A stretch of 64,000 nucleotides of DNA from an uncultured delta proteobacterium (GTDB taxonomy: Bacteria > Myxococcota_A > Polyangia > Polyangiales > Polyangiaceae), in assembly GCA_963696385.1 (NCBI GenBank), contig CAVOKF010000004.1:832001-896000 (forward strand). The letters run 5' to 3'. Numbering within the stretch: position 1 is the stretch's first letter; each line of letters opens with the position of its first letter. The position numbers were made by a program, and so were the translations under genes. Under the pieces are notes generated by a model, which was given only the letters and a program-made list of their open reading frames with translations, made no database searches and had not been told where the DNA came from. This document shows positions 1 through 10,684 of the stretch, one piece after another.

Positions 1-410
1 TGGCAAAAGAAGCCAGAACCGAGAACCACAAGGCCGAGAATGCGGGCGTGCCGACCCGCGCCGAACAGACGCGGCCCGGCCCGGTTTTTTCGCCGGCTGT
101 GGACATCTTCGAGAACGACCACGTGATCACGGTACTCGCCGACATGCCCGGAGTGAAAGCGCAGGACCTTCAGATCGATTTGCGCGAGAGCGTGTTGACG
201 CTCACCGCGCGGGTTACCGTGCCGGAGAGCCCGAACGAATCGGACGTGCTCAGAGAATACCGATTGGGCACGTTCCTCCGACAGTTCACCCTCTCCGAGA
301 CGATCCATCAGACGGGCATCGACGCGCAGCTGACCGACGGTGTGCTGCGTTTGGAGTTGCCCAAGGTCGAAAAGGCCAAGCCCCGCCAGATCACGGTCCG
401 TACGAGCTAA
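1..410 (+). CDS. Hsp20/alpha-crystallin small heat-shock protein (start probably 1 nt before the window)
   Basis: Motifs PAVDIFE, ADMPGV, F.RQFTL and A.LTDGVL.LELPK. The frame is open back to nt 3 and the window begins TG-GCA, suggesting (A)TG at position 0. Confidence 0.9.
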   Translation, partial: AKEARTENHKAENAGVPTRAEQTRPGPVFSPAVDIFENDHVITVLADMPGVKAQDLQIDLRESVLTLTARVTVPESPNESDVLREYRLGTFLRQFTLSETIHQTGIDAQLTDGVLRLELPKVEKAKPRQITVRTS

Positions 411-562
411 CTCGTCTGGGCTACCGATCGAGAAGCGTCTCGCCCACCCCGTTGTCCGATGGACGGCCTCGGACGTGAGCAGCAGGGTCACAAGCGGCAA
501 GCGCCGCCGTGAGCGTCGCAGACGTGGGAAACCTTTCTCCGCAACCATCTCGACCGGCAACT

Positions 563-1009
563 CTAGATCGAAGTCTTCCGGCGGCGAGCGGCTGCGAACG
601 CTCCGGCGAGGGCGAGCGCGCCGAAGCCCCATGAGCGGGCAGGGGCGCTGCCCGAGCCCACCGTGCATCCCCACCTGGAACTCTTCCCGGCGCCGCGCGA
701 GGTCCCCAAGTCCGGCGGGACGACGAACGCGGCGCCCGCGTCGTTGACGCAGGTGACCCCCACGCAGGTGGCGCCCAGCCCGGCGCACTTGCAACTGCTC
801 GGATCCCTCGGGTCGCACCAGCCCGGAGAACCGCTCGCCGGCGAGACGCAAACGCGTTTGGGCCAGCTGCAGACGTCGGTGCCGCACGTCGTGCCGTGAG
901 CCTTGCAATCGCTGTCGTTCGTGCACGATTCGGCACGCACCGCAGGGGTCCAGAGCACGACGCCGGCGACGACCGCGGCGGCGGAGAGAGCGAAGGTTCT
1001 GATTCTCAC
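563..1009 (-). CDS. Cys-rich secreted protein with MYXO-CTERM-like C-terminal sorting signal
   Basis: Signal peptide, Cys-rich core, and tail GCTVGSG...WGFGALALAGAFAAARRRK (GC, hydrophobic helix, Arg run). Confidence 0.75.
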   Translation of the reverse strand: MRIRTFALSAAAVVAGVVLWTPAVRAESCTNDSDCKAHGTTCGTDVCSWPKRVCVSPASGSPGWCDPRDPSSCKCAGLGATCVGVTCVNDAGAAFVVPPDLGTSRGAGKSSRWGCTVGSGSAPARSWGFGALALAGAFAAARRRKTSI

Positions 1010-1235
1010 GGGGGTGGATCTCTTTGCCTGGACGTTGCGCGCATCCGGCTCGATCGGACGGTGAACGCGACCCTAACACCGCTCGGCGGCGACTCGCGCG
1101 TCCAGAAATCGTCCCGGAGGGGCGCGTGGGTGTGTGCCGTGGGCCACCCTTGCGACGCCGGCGCACCGAATGCGCTAGGTAAAGGAGGCCCTGGCATGCG
1201 ACGGCGGAATGCGCGAGCGGAGAAGGCGATGAACC

Positions 1236-2451
1236 ATGCCGGGCTTTGAAGGTCGCCTGTACGAATCGCTGCGGCAAGCCGGGTTGCCGGACGTGCCGGA
1301 GAGCTTCTCGATCGCCGTCGTGCATCAGGAAATTTCGCGCGCCATCGTGACCGAGATCGAGAGGTTCATCCGGGTCTTCGATCGCATAACGACGCGACCC
1401 GTTTGGCAAGAGGCCGTGACGGCCACGGCCCCCCCGATCGCGCGCGGCAAGCGCTCCGAAGTGTGCTTCTTCAGCGCATGGGATTTTCATCTCCCGCCCG
1501 AGCGTCCCGAACGGTGGCAGCTCATCGAGTGCAACGACAACGGCTCGGGATTGCTGTTCGCGGCCCTGTTGAACCGCCTTTACTACGAGGTGTCCGGGAT
1601 CGGCGAGCGTCGAGCGATGGAAGCTCCGATGCCCTTTTCGGCATTTTCGCAGCGCGTGACGGACCTGATTCGAACGGAAGCCGAGGCCTTCTTTGGCGCG
1701 CCGAGGGCGGGTCTCGTGCTCATCCTCGACGATGAGGACTCGGTACGACGGGGCAGGTTTCGGCACGAGCTCGTCCTGCTGCGCGATGTTTGTCGCCGTG
1801 CCGGATGCCACTCCGAGGTGGCCTCACCGGTGGATACGACCTGGGACGGGAGCTCTCTTTTGTGCGGGGGCGAGCGGGTCTCGTTCGTCGTGAATCGGTC
1901 GACCGATTTTTTTTGGGAGGCGCCGGTCTTCGCGCCGCTTCGCGCGGCCTACGCCGCCGGCGGCGTCTACGTGGCGCCCAATCCCTTTTCGTACGCGACC
2001 CGCAGCGACAAGGGCTTGCTCGAGCGGCTCGGGTCCCCGGTGGGCGATGCCGATTCTGGGGATCCGGCCCGACGAGAGACTCCTTCTGAGCGACCACGTG
2101 CCCGAGACGCGGCGACTGCGACCCGACAACGTCGAGGAGCTTGCGCGCGACAAGGAGCAGTGGTTCTTCAAGCCCTGCCACGGGTTCGCGAGCCGCGGCG
2201 TGCTCACGGGCGCGCAGGTCGGTCGCGCGCGTCTGCGTCGACTCCTGAAGAAAGGCGATTCGTACGTCGCGCAACGGCGGGTTGCGAAGTCTCGCCTGGA
2301 TTCCAACGAAGGCGTACCTCTGTGGGCGGACCTCCGGGTCTGGGCCTACCGCGGAGAGCGACTGCTTTTGTCGGGCCGAGCCTCCCGTCATGCCGACACG
2401 ATGGACCTGTCGCCGCCCGGGGGCTGGCTGCCGACCTACGCGCAAACGTAG
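1236..2451 (+). CDS. Uncharacterised ATP-grasp-like (glutathionylspermidine synthase/circularly permuted ATP-grasp-like) protein, +1 frameshift near 2055
   Basis: DFHL...LIECNDN, VNRSTDF and NP...SDK in the first frame; VPET, FFKP..G, YVAQ and DLRV in frame 2047-2451. Removing one T at 2054/2055 joins them. Confidence 0.65.
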
Positions 2452-2578
2452 ACGCGCTGCTGCGACCGGTCCGACAACGCGACGAAAAGGACTCGGTGCC
2501 GTTGGCGGATAATACGTCCTCTTTGGCAAACCCGCCGCGGCGCGCCGCCCTAGCTTGGCCTTCGAGGAGGCGAAAGCC

Positions 2579-3247
2579 ATGACTCTTCATATCGGGATGC
2601 TGCTCTATCCGGGCCTCACCCAGCTCGATCTGACCGGGCCCTTCGAGCTCTTCGGCCGGATCCCAGGCGCGAACGTTCACCTGGCGTGGAAGGACACGAA
2701 GCCGGTATTCGCCGACTCCGGCCTCGGGCTTCTTCCGACGACGACCCTGGCCGACCTGCCCCCCGTCGACGTGCTCATGGTGCCGGGTGGAGCCGGTCAG
2801 CTCGATCTGATGACCGACGCCGAGGTGCTCGGATTTTTGCGGACGCAAGGCGCACGAGCCAAGTACGTCACATCCGTCTGCACGGGCGCGCTGCTTCTGG
2901 GAGCGGCGGGACTGCTTCAGGGCTACCGAGCGACGACGCATTGGGCCTACGCCGACCTGCTGCGCACCGTCGGCGCAACCTTCGTCGACGAACGCGTCGT
3001 CGTCGATCGCAACCGCATCACGGCGGGGGGAGTCACGGCAGGCATCGACTTCGGTCTGCGGATCGTCGCCGAGCTGAGGGGTGACGCGGCTGCGAAGCGA
3101 GCGCAGCTCCTCATCGAGTACGACCCCGCACCCCCCTTTCGGTCCGGCCATCCGCGGGTTGCCGCCCCGGCCCTCGTGCAAGACGTGAAGCGTGCTCTAG
3201 CCGAGAGCGTCGCAACTCGAGCCGCCCGGCTCCGACCCGGCTCATGA
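2579..3247 (+). CDS. DJ-1/PfpI family protein (isonitrile hydratase-like)
   Basis: LDLTGP.E, VPGG, SVCTG nucleophile elbow, [15 protein letters not shown] and [11 protein letters not shown]. Confidence 0.9.
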   Translation: MTLHIGMLLYPGLTQLDLTGPFELFGRIPGANVHLAWKDTKPVFADSGLGLLPTTTLADLPPVDVLMVPGGAGQLDLMTDAEVLGFLRTQGARAKYVTSVCTGALLLGAAGLLQGYRATTHWAYADLLRTVGATFVDERVVVDRNRITAGGVTAGIDFGLRIVAELRGDAAAKRAQLLIEYDPAPPFRSGHPRVAAPALVQDVKRALAESVATRAARLRPGS

Positions 3248-4422
3248 CGCGCGCGGGTCTGCGCTCCCGCTTCGATTCTCTGATGGTCACGGCGAAGCGG
3301 CCGCCGGTCGTCATGGTCCGAGGGCACGGCTCCTTTCTCATCGACGAAAGCGGCCGCGAGTACCTCGATTTCGTGCAAGGCTGGGCCGTCAACTGCCTCG
3401 GCCACGCCCCGCAGGTGCTCTGCGAGGCCGTCGCGGCGCAAGCCGGGCGGCTTCTCAACGCCGGGCCGGCCTTTTACACGGATCCCCTGCTCGATCTGGC
3501 AGACCGGATCACGGCCGGCTGGACGCCGGCTCGAGTCCATTTCACCAACTGCGGGGCGGAAGCCAACGAGGGGGCCATCAAACTGGCGCGCAAATGGGGT
3601 CAGATCCATCGCGCGGGGGCCTACGAGATCATCACGATGCGAGGGGGGTTCCATGGCCGCAGCCTCGCCACCATGTCCGCGTCCGACAAACCGGGGTGGG
3701 ACGTTCTATTTGAACCCAAGGTGGCCGGTTTCTCGAAAGTGCCGAGGAACGACCTTGCCGCGGTCGAGCGGGCCATCGGGTCGCGGACCGTCGCGGTCAT
3801 GCTCGAGCTCATTCAGGGCGAATCGGGCGTCCACCCGGCCTCCGAGTCGTTCGTCCAAGGACTGCGCGCGCTCACCCGCGATCGCGGGCTTCTTTTGATC
3901 GTCGACGAGGTGCAGACGGGCATGGGACGCACGGGAAAGCTCTTCGCCTGCGAGCACTACGGGATCGAGCCGGACATGATGACGCTGGGCAAGGGCATGG
4001 CCGGTGGGGCGCCGCTCGGGGCGCTGGTGGCGCGCGAGAGGATCTGCTGCTTCGAACCGGGCGATCAAGGCGGCACGTTCAACGGCAACGCGCTCGTGAC
4101 GGCGATGGGCGCCGCCGTATTTCGTACCGTCAGCAGCCGCGCGTTTCTCGAAAACGTGGAATCGATGGGCGACTACCTCGCCGCACGCTTGCGGGACCTC
4201 TCGCACAGACACGGCGAGCGCGAAGTCCGAGGACGAGGTCTGTTGTTGGCGCTCGTCCTGGCGACCGACCGTGCACCCGACATCGTCGAACGTGCGTTCG
4301 ATCGGGGCCTGTTGTTGAACGCACCTCGGCCGGGTGTGCTGCGCTTCATGCCGGCGCTCAACGTGACGCGCGGCGAGATCGACGCGATGGCCGAAAAGCT
4401 CGACGCGCTTCTGCAGGGCTGA
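3244..4422 (+). CDS. argD: Acetylornithine aminotransferase (class III PLP enzyme)
   Basis: [43 protein letters not shown] lysine in [15 protein letters not shown] overlap with the upstream gene. Confidence 0.85.
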   Translation: MTRAGLRSRFDSLMVTAKRPPVVMVRGHGSFLIDESGREYLDFVQGWAVNCLGHAPQVLCEAVAAQAGRLLNAGPAFYTDPLLDLADRITAGWTPARVHFTNCGAEANEGAIKLARKWGQIHRAGAYEIITMRGGFHGRSLATMSASDKPGWDVLFEPKVAGFSKVPRNDLAAVERAIGSRTVAVMLELIQGESGVHPASESFVQGLRALTRDRGLLLIVDEVQTGMGRTGKLFACEHYGIEPDMMTLGKGMAGGAPLGALVARERICCFEPGDQGGTFNGNALVTAMGAAVFRTVSSRAFLENVESMGDYLAARLRDLSHRHGEREVRGRGLLLALVLATDRAPDIVERAFDRGLLLNAPRPGVLRFMPALNVTRGEIDAMAEKLDALLQG

Positions 4423-4499
4423 GAGGAGGCGGGGACGCACCCGAAGGGCGACGCCGGATTCGCTTGTCGCGCCGATCGCAGCGCGGTACGAAGCGCGCC

Positions 4500-5600
4500 A
4501 TGCCGTTCACTCGAGACCTCCCGTCGATTTTGTTCGCGGTCGTTTGCGGTTGCGGCTCTTCGCCTCCGCCGTCGGCCGCCTCCGCCCCCCCGCCCTCTGC
4601 ATCCGCCGCTGCGGCGCCCGCCGTGGCTCCGACCTCGACCGCCGCCGCGGCGACCTCCGCCGTGGCATCTTCCCCGGCGGACGAAAAGAAGATCCGACAG
4701 AATCGCGAACTTCAGGAGGATCGCGCGAAGTGGCAGGCCGAGCACAAGACCGAGCTCGACCGCTGGACACCCCAGCTCCATGCGGAGGCGAAGGCCCTTG
4801 CCGACAAGACGTACGCAAGCGGCAAGGCGGCGATCGCCGCGGTTGCGAAAGGGGCGCACCGCAAACCGGGTGATGCCGAGCGAGATACGTACCGTCACCC
4901 CGTAGAGACCCTCTCTTTTTTCGGTTTCAAACCGACGATGACGGTGCTCGACGTGGGGCCCGGCGACGGCTGGTACACGGAGCTGCTCGCCCCGGCGCTG
5001 CACGAGCACGGCCGCTACGTCGCGACGAGCGGCGACCCGAACGGTCCCCCCGATGCGCGCGACACCTTCTATGGGCAGCGCTTCAAGGCATTCCTCGATA
5101 CGGCACCCGAGATCTACGGCAAAGTCGACACGATCGTGACCGACTCGAAGGCCCCGAAGCTCGGGAACGACGACACGTTCGACTTGGTGATCGTCATGCG
5201 CGGCCTGCACGGGTTGCAGAACAACGGAACGCTCACCTCATGGCTCCGAGAGATTCACCGCGTGCTCAAGCCGGGCGGCGTTTTGGGGATCGAGGAGCAT
5301 CGCGCACCCGCGAACGCCGATCCCGTCGAGAGCGCCAAGAAGGGATATGTGCCCGAGAAGTGGGCCATTGCCCAGATCCAGGCTGCGGGGTTCGAGCTCG
5401 CAGCAAAATCCGAGATCAACGCCAATCCGAAAGACACCAAGGACTATCCGGAAGGCGTCTGGACGTTGCCGCCGACGCTGCGCCTGGGCGACAAGGACCG
5501 AGAAAAGTACAAGGCCATCGGCGAGAGCGATCGAATGACCCTGAAATTCGTCAAAGCCCCCGTCAAGCCCGCGCCTCGCAGTCCGCCGGCGTCACCCTAG
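4500..5600 (+). CDS. Lipoprotein with class I SAM-dependent methyltransferase-like domain
   Basis: Lipobox-like VCGC, Ala/Pro linker, RD.YRHP.ETL.FFG, VLDVGPGDGWYT, LKPGGVL, SEINANPKD and GESDRM. Confidence 0.85.
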   Translation: MPFTRDLPSILFAVVCGCGSSPPPSAASAPPPSASAAAAPAVAPTSTAAAATSAVASSPADEKKIRQNRELQEDRAKWQAEHKTELDRWTPQLHAEAKALADKTYASGKAAIAAVAKGAHRKPGDAERDTYRHPVETLSFFGFKPTMTVLDVGPGDGWYTELLAPALHEHGRYVATSGDPNGPPDARDTFYGQRFKAFLDTAPEIYGKVDTIVTDSKAPKLGNDDTFDLVIVMRGLHGLQNNGTLTSWLREIHRVLKPGGVLGIEEHRAPANADPVESAKKGYVPEKWAIAQIQAAGFELAAKSEINANPKDTKDYPEGVWTLPPTLRLGDKDREKYKAIGESDRMTLKFVKAPVKPAPRSPPASP

Positions 5601-6151
5601 ATTTCACTGTCTCCGGTCGAGGCCGTCCCGCCGTCGGCCCCTGCAAGGACGGGAACGGCAAGCGTAACGAGCAGCCAGTAGCCCGCGCAGGTCGTATTCG
5701 AGATCGAAAGGCCGCTCGGCGAAAGCCACCGAAATTCGGCGATGTTCCCGCTTCCGACGATGAAATTGGCGTCGGTGTCGAAGGTGTCGGGCGGCGTTAC
5801 GGCCACATAAGCAAGTGGTTGGGCATAATTGAAATCGGCGACCATCCCGCTTGGAACGGGCGGCAGGGGAGGAAACAAGAATTCGTCCGTACGATTGCCC
5901 GGGAACCACTGCCAGGCGGGGCCCCCGTCCGGCGACTCTCCGACGGTCGGGTTCGACTGCCAAATGAGAAGACAATTGGACGTGTTCGCTTGGCAACCTT
6001 GCAGTTCCCATGTGCCGGTGCCCCCGTTTTCGCCGATCGTCGCGGTGTACGCATCGCACTGATGGGTTGTGCAGCCCGACATCCCCATTGCCGCCGCGAT
6101 CGTGACCAGACCTAGGAACACCACCCCATCGCGCGCAAGCGGGTACGTCAT
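5597..6151 (-). CDS. Hypothetical lipoprotein
   Basis: Hydrophobic N-terminus ending MSGC; Trp/Cys-containing body with protein-like composition. Confidence 0.6.
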   Translation of the reverse strand: MTYPLARDGVVFLGLVTIAAAMGMSGCTTHQCDAYTATIGENGGTGTWELQGCQANTSNCLLIWQSNPTVGESPDGGPAWQWFPGNRTDEFLFPPLPPVPSGMVADFNYAQPLAYVAVTPPDTFDTDANFIVGSGNIAEFRWLSPSGLSISNTTCAGYWLLVTLAVPVLAGADGGTASTGDSEI

Positions 6152-6160
6152 GCTCGATGG

Positions 6161-6200
6161 GCGTTCGTGAGCGCTCGTGAGCGTTCGTGAGCGTTCATGA
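6161..6200. repeat. Four tandem 10-bp direct repeats, consensus GCGTTCGTGA
   Basis: gcgttcgtga gcgctcgtga gcgttcgtga gcgttcatga, 10 bp upstream of the 6151 start. Confidence 0.85.
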
Positions 6201-6339
6201 CGAATTGCAGGGCAGGTGCATGCGAGCCGCACGGCTCCCATGCACCGAGATTCTCTAAACGACAATGGGGTCTCGTGCCAACACCAAAGCGAGCGCGCGA
6301 TGGATCCCGACCGCGCAGTCGCCAGGGTCGCGATCGCTC

Positions 6340-7095
6340 TTACAGCGCGGTCAGTCCCCCGTCGACCGCGAGTTCCTGACCGACGATGAACGAGGCCGCG
6401 GGCGACGCAAGAAACACCACGGCGTCCGCCACCTCTTGCGCCTTCGCGAGTCTTCCGAGCGGAATGCGACTCAGGGTCGCCTTGCCCATTTGCTCGAGGA
6501 CCGCGGGGCTGAGTCCTCGTGCGGCCTTCGCTTGAATCGGTGTCTCGGTGGGGCCCGGGGACACGGCATTGACTCGGACGCCGGCTGCCAAGAGCTCGGC
6601 TGAGAGCGTTCGCGCGAGCGATCGGAGCGCCGCCTTGCTGGCCGAGTAAACGCTCGTTCGGGGGGCGCCGACCCGGTCGGCAACGGACGTGTTGAGCACG
6701 ACCGCGGAGCCCTGGCCCAGAAGGGAAAGCGCGCGCTGGATGGTAAAGAAGGCCCCGCGGACGTTGACGGCAAACAGGCGGTCGAAGTGCTCCTCGGTGA
6801 CGTCGGCGGCGAGAACCCACTCCGCAATGCCCGCGTTCACGAAGAGGACGTCGATGCGTGGATGCCGGGATCGCACGGCCGAGTAGAGCCGCTCGAGGTC
6901 GTTCAGTTGGGTGACGTCACCGGCGACGGTGAGGGCGCGGCCGCCGATCGCTTGTTTTGCTTCGGCCAGGCGCACCGGGTCGCGGGCAAAAAGGACCACC
7001 TCGGCGCCCGCGGCTTGAAATTTCTGCGCCGCAGCCAAACCGATGCCGCTGCTCGCCCCGGTGATGACCACCACTCGATCCTTGAATCCATCCAT
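6340..7095 (-). CDS. Short-chain dehydrogenase/reductase
   Basis: TGASSGIG, VNAG, YSASK catalytic motif, RVNAVSPG and GQEL.VDGG. Confidence 0.92.
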   Translation of the reverse strand: MDGFKDRVVVITGASSGIGLAAAQKFQAAGAEVVLFARDPVRLAEAKQAIGGRALTVAGDVTQLNDLERLYSAVRSRHPRIDVLFVNAGIAEWVLAADVTEEHFDRLFAVNVRGAFFTIQRALSLLGQGSAVVLNTSVADRVGAPRTSVYSASKAALRSLARTLSAELLAAGVRVNAVSPGPTETPIQAKAARGLSPAVLEQMGKATLSRIPLGRLAKAQEVADAVVFLASPAASFIVGQELAVDGGLTAL

Positions 7096-7224
7096 TGGTT
7101 CAACCTCCCGAGCGAGCCTGCGCGGGGCGCACCCATGGGCCCCGGCGCGTCGCTGCGTGAGCGAGAGTGTGCCCATACGTCCGGTCGGTGTGGGCTGGCG
7201 CTGATGCGTGTGGGCGTTGCATGA

Positions 7225-8196
7225 TTGCAACGGCCCATCGTGCAATGGAGCGACGTTCAAGTGTTTCTCGCGGTCGTCCGCGCCGGGACCGTTCGCGGCG
7301 CAGCCGCGGCGATGAAAGTCGACGCCTCGACCGTCTCGCGGCGGATTGCCGCGCTCGAGCAATCCGCAGGCATCCGCCTCTTTCAGCGCACGAACGCAGG
7401 GCTTCTGCCGACCGCCGCCGGAAAGGAGATGATCGAGTCGAGCGAGCGAGTAAGCCTCGAGTTCGAGCGGTTGGCGCGGCGTATGGCCGCGCACGACGAC
7501 CGTCTCGGCGGCCTCGTTCGCGTCACGTTCCCCGGCTCGTTCACGGCTCTGGTCCACGGCGCGGTGGCGCCGTTCGTGCGACGTCATCCGGCCATCGAAA
7601 TCGAGCTTTTGACTCTCGATGCGTTCGTCGACATCGACGGTCGGCACGCCGATGTCGCGATCCGCGTGGCTGCCCAACCTCCGGAGCATCTCGTGGGACG
7701 CCGCATCGCTGCGCTTGCGGCTGCGGTCTACGCATCGCAGAGCTACCTCGAACGCTGCAATGCGCCGATCGAGTCCACGGATCACGTGTGGGTCGATTGG
7801 GATCGGCGGTTGGCGTCGAAGCCGGCGTTCGCTTGGCTAGAGCAGCGCGTTCCCGCACGGCGGATCGTGGCACGAGGGTTGTCGACGTCCGACGTGCTGC
7901 ATGGGCTTGTCGCCGGGACGGGGATGGGCGCGCTTCCCTGCATCGTCGGCGATTCCGAACCCACCCTCGTCCGACTCTCGGATGCACCCCGGGAAGCCTG
8001 GTCGAGCGTGTGGCTGCTGACGCATGCGGAGCTCAAGCCGATAGCTCGCGTTCGCGCGGTCATCGCCCACTTGACGGACGCGCTGCGGACCGAACGGCCC
8101 CGCATCGAGGGGATCGGGACCCCTCACGGCATCAGAACGCACCGACCGCGCCGGCACTCATCGGTCCGACGTAAAGCGAAACCGGGCTCGATTTAG
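7225..8196 (+). CDS. LysR-family transcriptional regulator, divergent from the SDR gene
   Basis: N-terminal HTH (AAAAMKVDASTVSRRIAALE...LFQRT) and substrate domain (HPAIEIEL, ADVAIR). Start uncertain. Confidence 0.9.
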   Translation: MQRPIVQWSDVQVFLAVVRAGTVRGAAAAMKVDASTVSRRIAALEQSAGIRLFQRTNAGLLPTAAGKEMIESSERVSLEFERLARRMAAHDDRLGGLVRVTFPGSFTALVHGAVAPFVRRHPAIEIELLTLDAFVDIDGRHADVAIRVAAQPPEHLVGRRIAALAAAVYASQSYLERCNAPIESTDHVWVDWDRRLASKPAFAWLEQRVPARRIVARGLSTSDVLHGLVAGTGMGALPCIVGDSEPTLVRLSDAPREAWSSVWLLTHAELKPIARVRAVIAHLTDALRTERPRIEGIGTPHGIRTHRPRRHSSVRRKAKPGSI

Positions 8197-9091
8197 GCGC
8201 TGTCAGAAGCAGGGTGACCCCCACTGCCGTGCCGAAACCTCCGACGATCAGGGCGACCGTCGATAGGTCCGCGACCGTTCGATACGTGTGAAGTTCGTCG
8301 GCGTCGACGGGAGGGCAAAGGTTATTCGGTGCGCACCTGGGATTCAGCCAGGAATGCTCGGAGATCGACAGGATCCCGGCCACGCCGCCCGTGATCCATC
8401 CTACCGCGCCCACGGCGAACGAAACGATGGCGAGTTTCGTGTTCGTCGTCATCGGACTCGCGGGTGCCGTTTGGGGTTTGGGCTCCACGGCAACCACCTC
8501 GGCCGTGCGCGGAAGCGCATCGAGCGAGAGCGTCACGGCTTGCTCACCCCCCTCGGCGAGAACGAACGTGCTCTCCGCCGGCGCGAAACCCGGCGCGGAA
8601 GCTTTGACCCAGTGCGCGCCCGGGTTGCACGCACGGCGCACTCCGAGCGCCGCGACCGGGACCGGAACGTCATCGAGAGTCACCGTCGGCGACGTCGCTC
8701 CTCCCACGTCGATCCGGACCCACCCGAGCCGCGGTGCGAGAGCGGCCAGCTCTCGCTTCGAGTCTTCCAACGCTTTGCCGAATGCCGCGGGAGCATTGGG
8801 AGACACGGGCTCGCGCAAGATGCGCTGATACGTCTCCTGTGCTTCGAGCAGTCGGCTCAGTCCGACCTGAGCGCGCGCCAAACCGAGAAGAAGGGTGGGC
8901 GCGTGAACGAGCGCTTCGGCGCGGGCGAAACGATCGGCCGCGATGGCGTACTGGCCGTGCTGTTGCGCCTCGAACCCCTCGCGCGCGAGCGATCGCGCGG
9001 TCGCGCGGTCGGCGTCCGACGGCTCGGCGCGGGCCAACCCGGAAACGAGCGAGACGAGCGCAACGACAAGCAAGAGACGCGTTATGACCAT
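8132..9091 (-). CDS. Secreted TPR + PEGA-like protein with C-terminal membrane helices (myxobacterial type)
   Basis: Signal peptide, TPR-like A..RF..A..L..APT.LL.LAR, PG.H.V.ASAPG, C-terminal hydrophobic helices. Confidence 0.75.
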   Translation of the reverse strand: MVITRLLLVVALVSLVSGLARAEPSDADRATARSLAREGFEAQQHGQYAIAADRFARAEALVHAPTLLLGLARAQVGLSRLLEAQETYQRILREPVSPNAPAAFGKALEDSKRELAALAPRLGWVRIDVGGATSPTVTLDDVPVPVAALGVRRACNPGAHWVKASAPGFAPAESTFVLAEGGEQAVTLSLDALPRTAEVVAVEPKPQTAPASPMTTNTKLAIVSFAVGAVGWITGGVAGILSISEHSWLNPRCAPNNLCPPVDADELHTYRTVADLSTVALIVGGFGTAVGVTLLLTAPKSSPVSLYVGPMSAGAVGAF

Positions 9092-9321
9092 GAATTCCCC
9101 ACCATCGCGAATACTGCGGAATTTTCGAACGTCCAAACGAACATAGCCCACCGATGCCGTTGCCGAAATGGGCGTCTCTCGCGCACGGGCCCAGCACCGC
9201 GACACCGCTGCACGATGGCCGGAGCCCCCCATCACAGAGCCGCGTTCGGCCGACGACGGACCGGGTCGAACGGACCGAGTCGAGGGGCGACGGCGCAGAA
9301 TGGGCTATACGATCCCCATTC

Positions 9322-9930
9322 ATGCGAGTCTGCTTCTTTGGGGACAGCTTCGTGAATGGAACCGGCGACGACGACGGCCTCGGCTGGGTGGGCCGCGTCG
9401 TGGCGCGGGCTCGTCAACGGGGCCGGGACCTCACCGGCTACAACCTGGGTATTCGCCGAGACACGAGCGCTGACGTGGCGGCGCGTTGGATGCACGAAGC
9501 CAAGCTGCGGCTCCCTGCCGAGCACAAGGGCCACCTTGTGTTTTCCTTCGGTACCAACGATTGCGGATCGGATGACTTCGATAGGGGTCCGCGCATGGCG
9601 AGGGCCGACTCACTGGCCAACGCCGAGACCATTCTCAAGGCCGCTTGCAGTTGGCTGCCGACGCTCATGATCGGTCCGAGCACCGTCGTCGGTAGTAGGG
9701 ACGCCAACGATCGCATCTGTGCCTTGTCGGCGGACTACGCCAAAATATGCGAGCGACTGGGCGTTCCCTACCTGCAGGTTTGCCGGATCACCCTGGCCTC
9801 GCCGATTTGGACGCGAGAGGCGATGGAGGGCGACGGTGCCCATCCAAACCGCGGTGGGTACACACTGCTGGCAGACGCCGTGACGGACTGGCCTCCGTGG
9901 CGCGCATGGATTGAAGGTACCCTGACGTGA
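9322..9930 (+). CDS. SGNH/GDSL hydrolase
   Basis: Blocks FFGDS, YNLGIR, FGTND and DGAHP. Confidence 0.9.
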   Translation: MRVCFFGDSFVNGTGDDDGLGWVGRVVARARQRGRDLTGYNLGIRRDTSADVAARWMHEAKLRLPAEHKGHLVFSFGTNDCGSDDFDRGPRMARADSLANAETILKAACSWLPTLMIGPSTVVGSRDANDRICALSADYAKICERLGVPYLQVCRITLASPIWTREAMEGDGAHPNRGGYTLLADAVTDWPPWRAWIEGTLT

Positions 9931-10068
9931 GAGATGTCTCCGCGACGAGGCCCGCACCTTCCAGCGCTCGCCCAACCAGTCGTGCGCCCTTCGCCCGCGT
10001 CGTTCACACCGACCGAGAGCGCGGCGGGGTGCGCGCTTCGACAGGCTCGCCGTGAGACCCGGCTTCCG

Positions 10069-10482
10069 TCACTCCCCCATCGCTTTGATGATCACGCGCT
10101 TGTCCCGTTGCCCGTCGAATTCCGCGTAAAATACGCGCTGCCAGGTCCCGAGGTCCAGTTTCCCCTTCGTGACCGGCACGATGACCTCGTGGTGGACGAG
10201 CATCGACTTCAGGTGCGCGTCACCGTTGTCCTCGCCCGTCCGGTGGTGTGCGTAGTCCGCCTTGAACGGCGCCAGGTGCTCGAGCCATTTCCAGATGTCC
10301 TCGTGCAGCCCGGGCTCGTTGTCGTTGACGAAAACGCCCGCCGTGATGTGCATGGCGCTCACCAGCATGAAGCCCTCACGGATTGCGCTGTGGGCGAGGA
10401 TCCTCTCGAGGGTGGGGGTCAGGTGAACGAGCTCGCGGCGCTGGCTCGTGTGGAATGTCAGGTATTCGGTATGCGTCTTCAC
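10069..10482 (-). CDS. yjbQ: YjbQ/UPF0047 family protein
   Basis: HITAG...[12 protein letters not shown] and LGTWQ...EFDG.R; GTG start. Confidence 0.88.
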   Translation of the reverse strand: MKTHTEYLTFHTSQRRELVHLTPTLERILAHSAIREGFMLVSAMHITAGVFVNDNEPGLHEDIWKWLEHLAPFKADYAHHRTGEDNGDAHLKSMLVHHEVIVPVTKGKLDLGTWQRVFYAEFDGQRDKRVIIKAMGE

Positions 10483-10684
10483 GGGGGCGTAGCGGCGAAA
10501 GCTACCTCCGCAAGCCCCGGCCGTCATCCTCCGTTCAGCTTGCGCGCGGTCTCGTCGCGCTCTGTAGAGCGCTTCGTACGGCGCGACCGTCGCGCTGACC
10601 GTTTCGGAGAGCGACGCCCGCGAAGGCCGCCGTCGAAGAACGGTCCGAGCCATCGTCTTCAGCCTGAAGGCTATCGCCGTTCTC

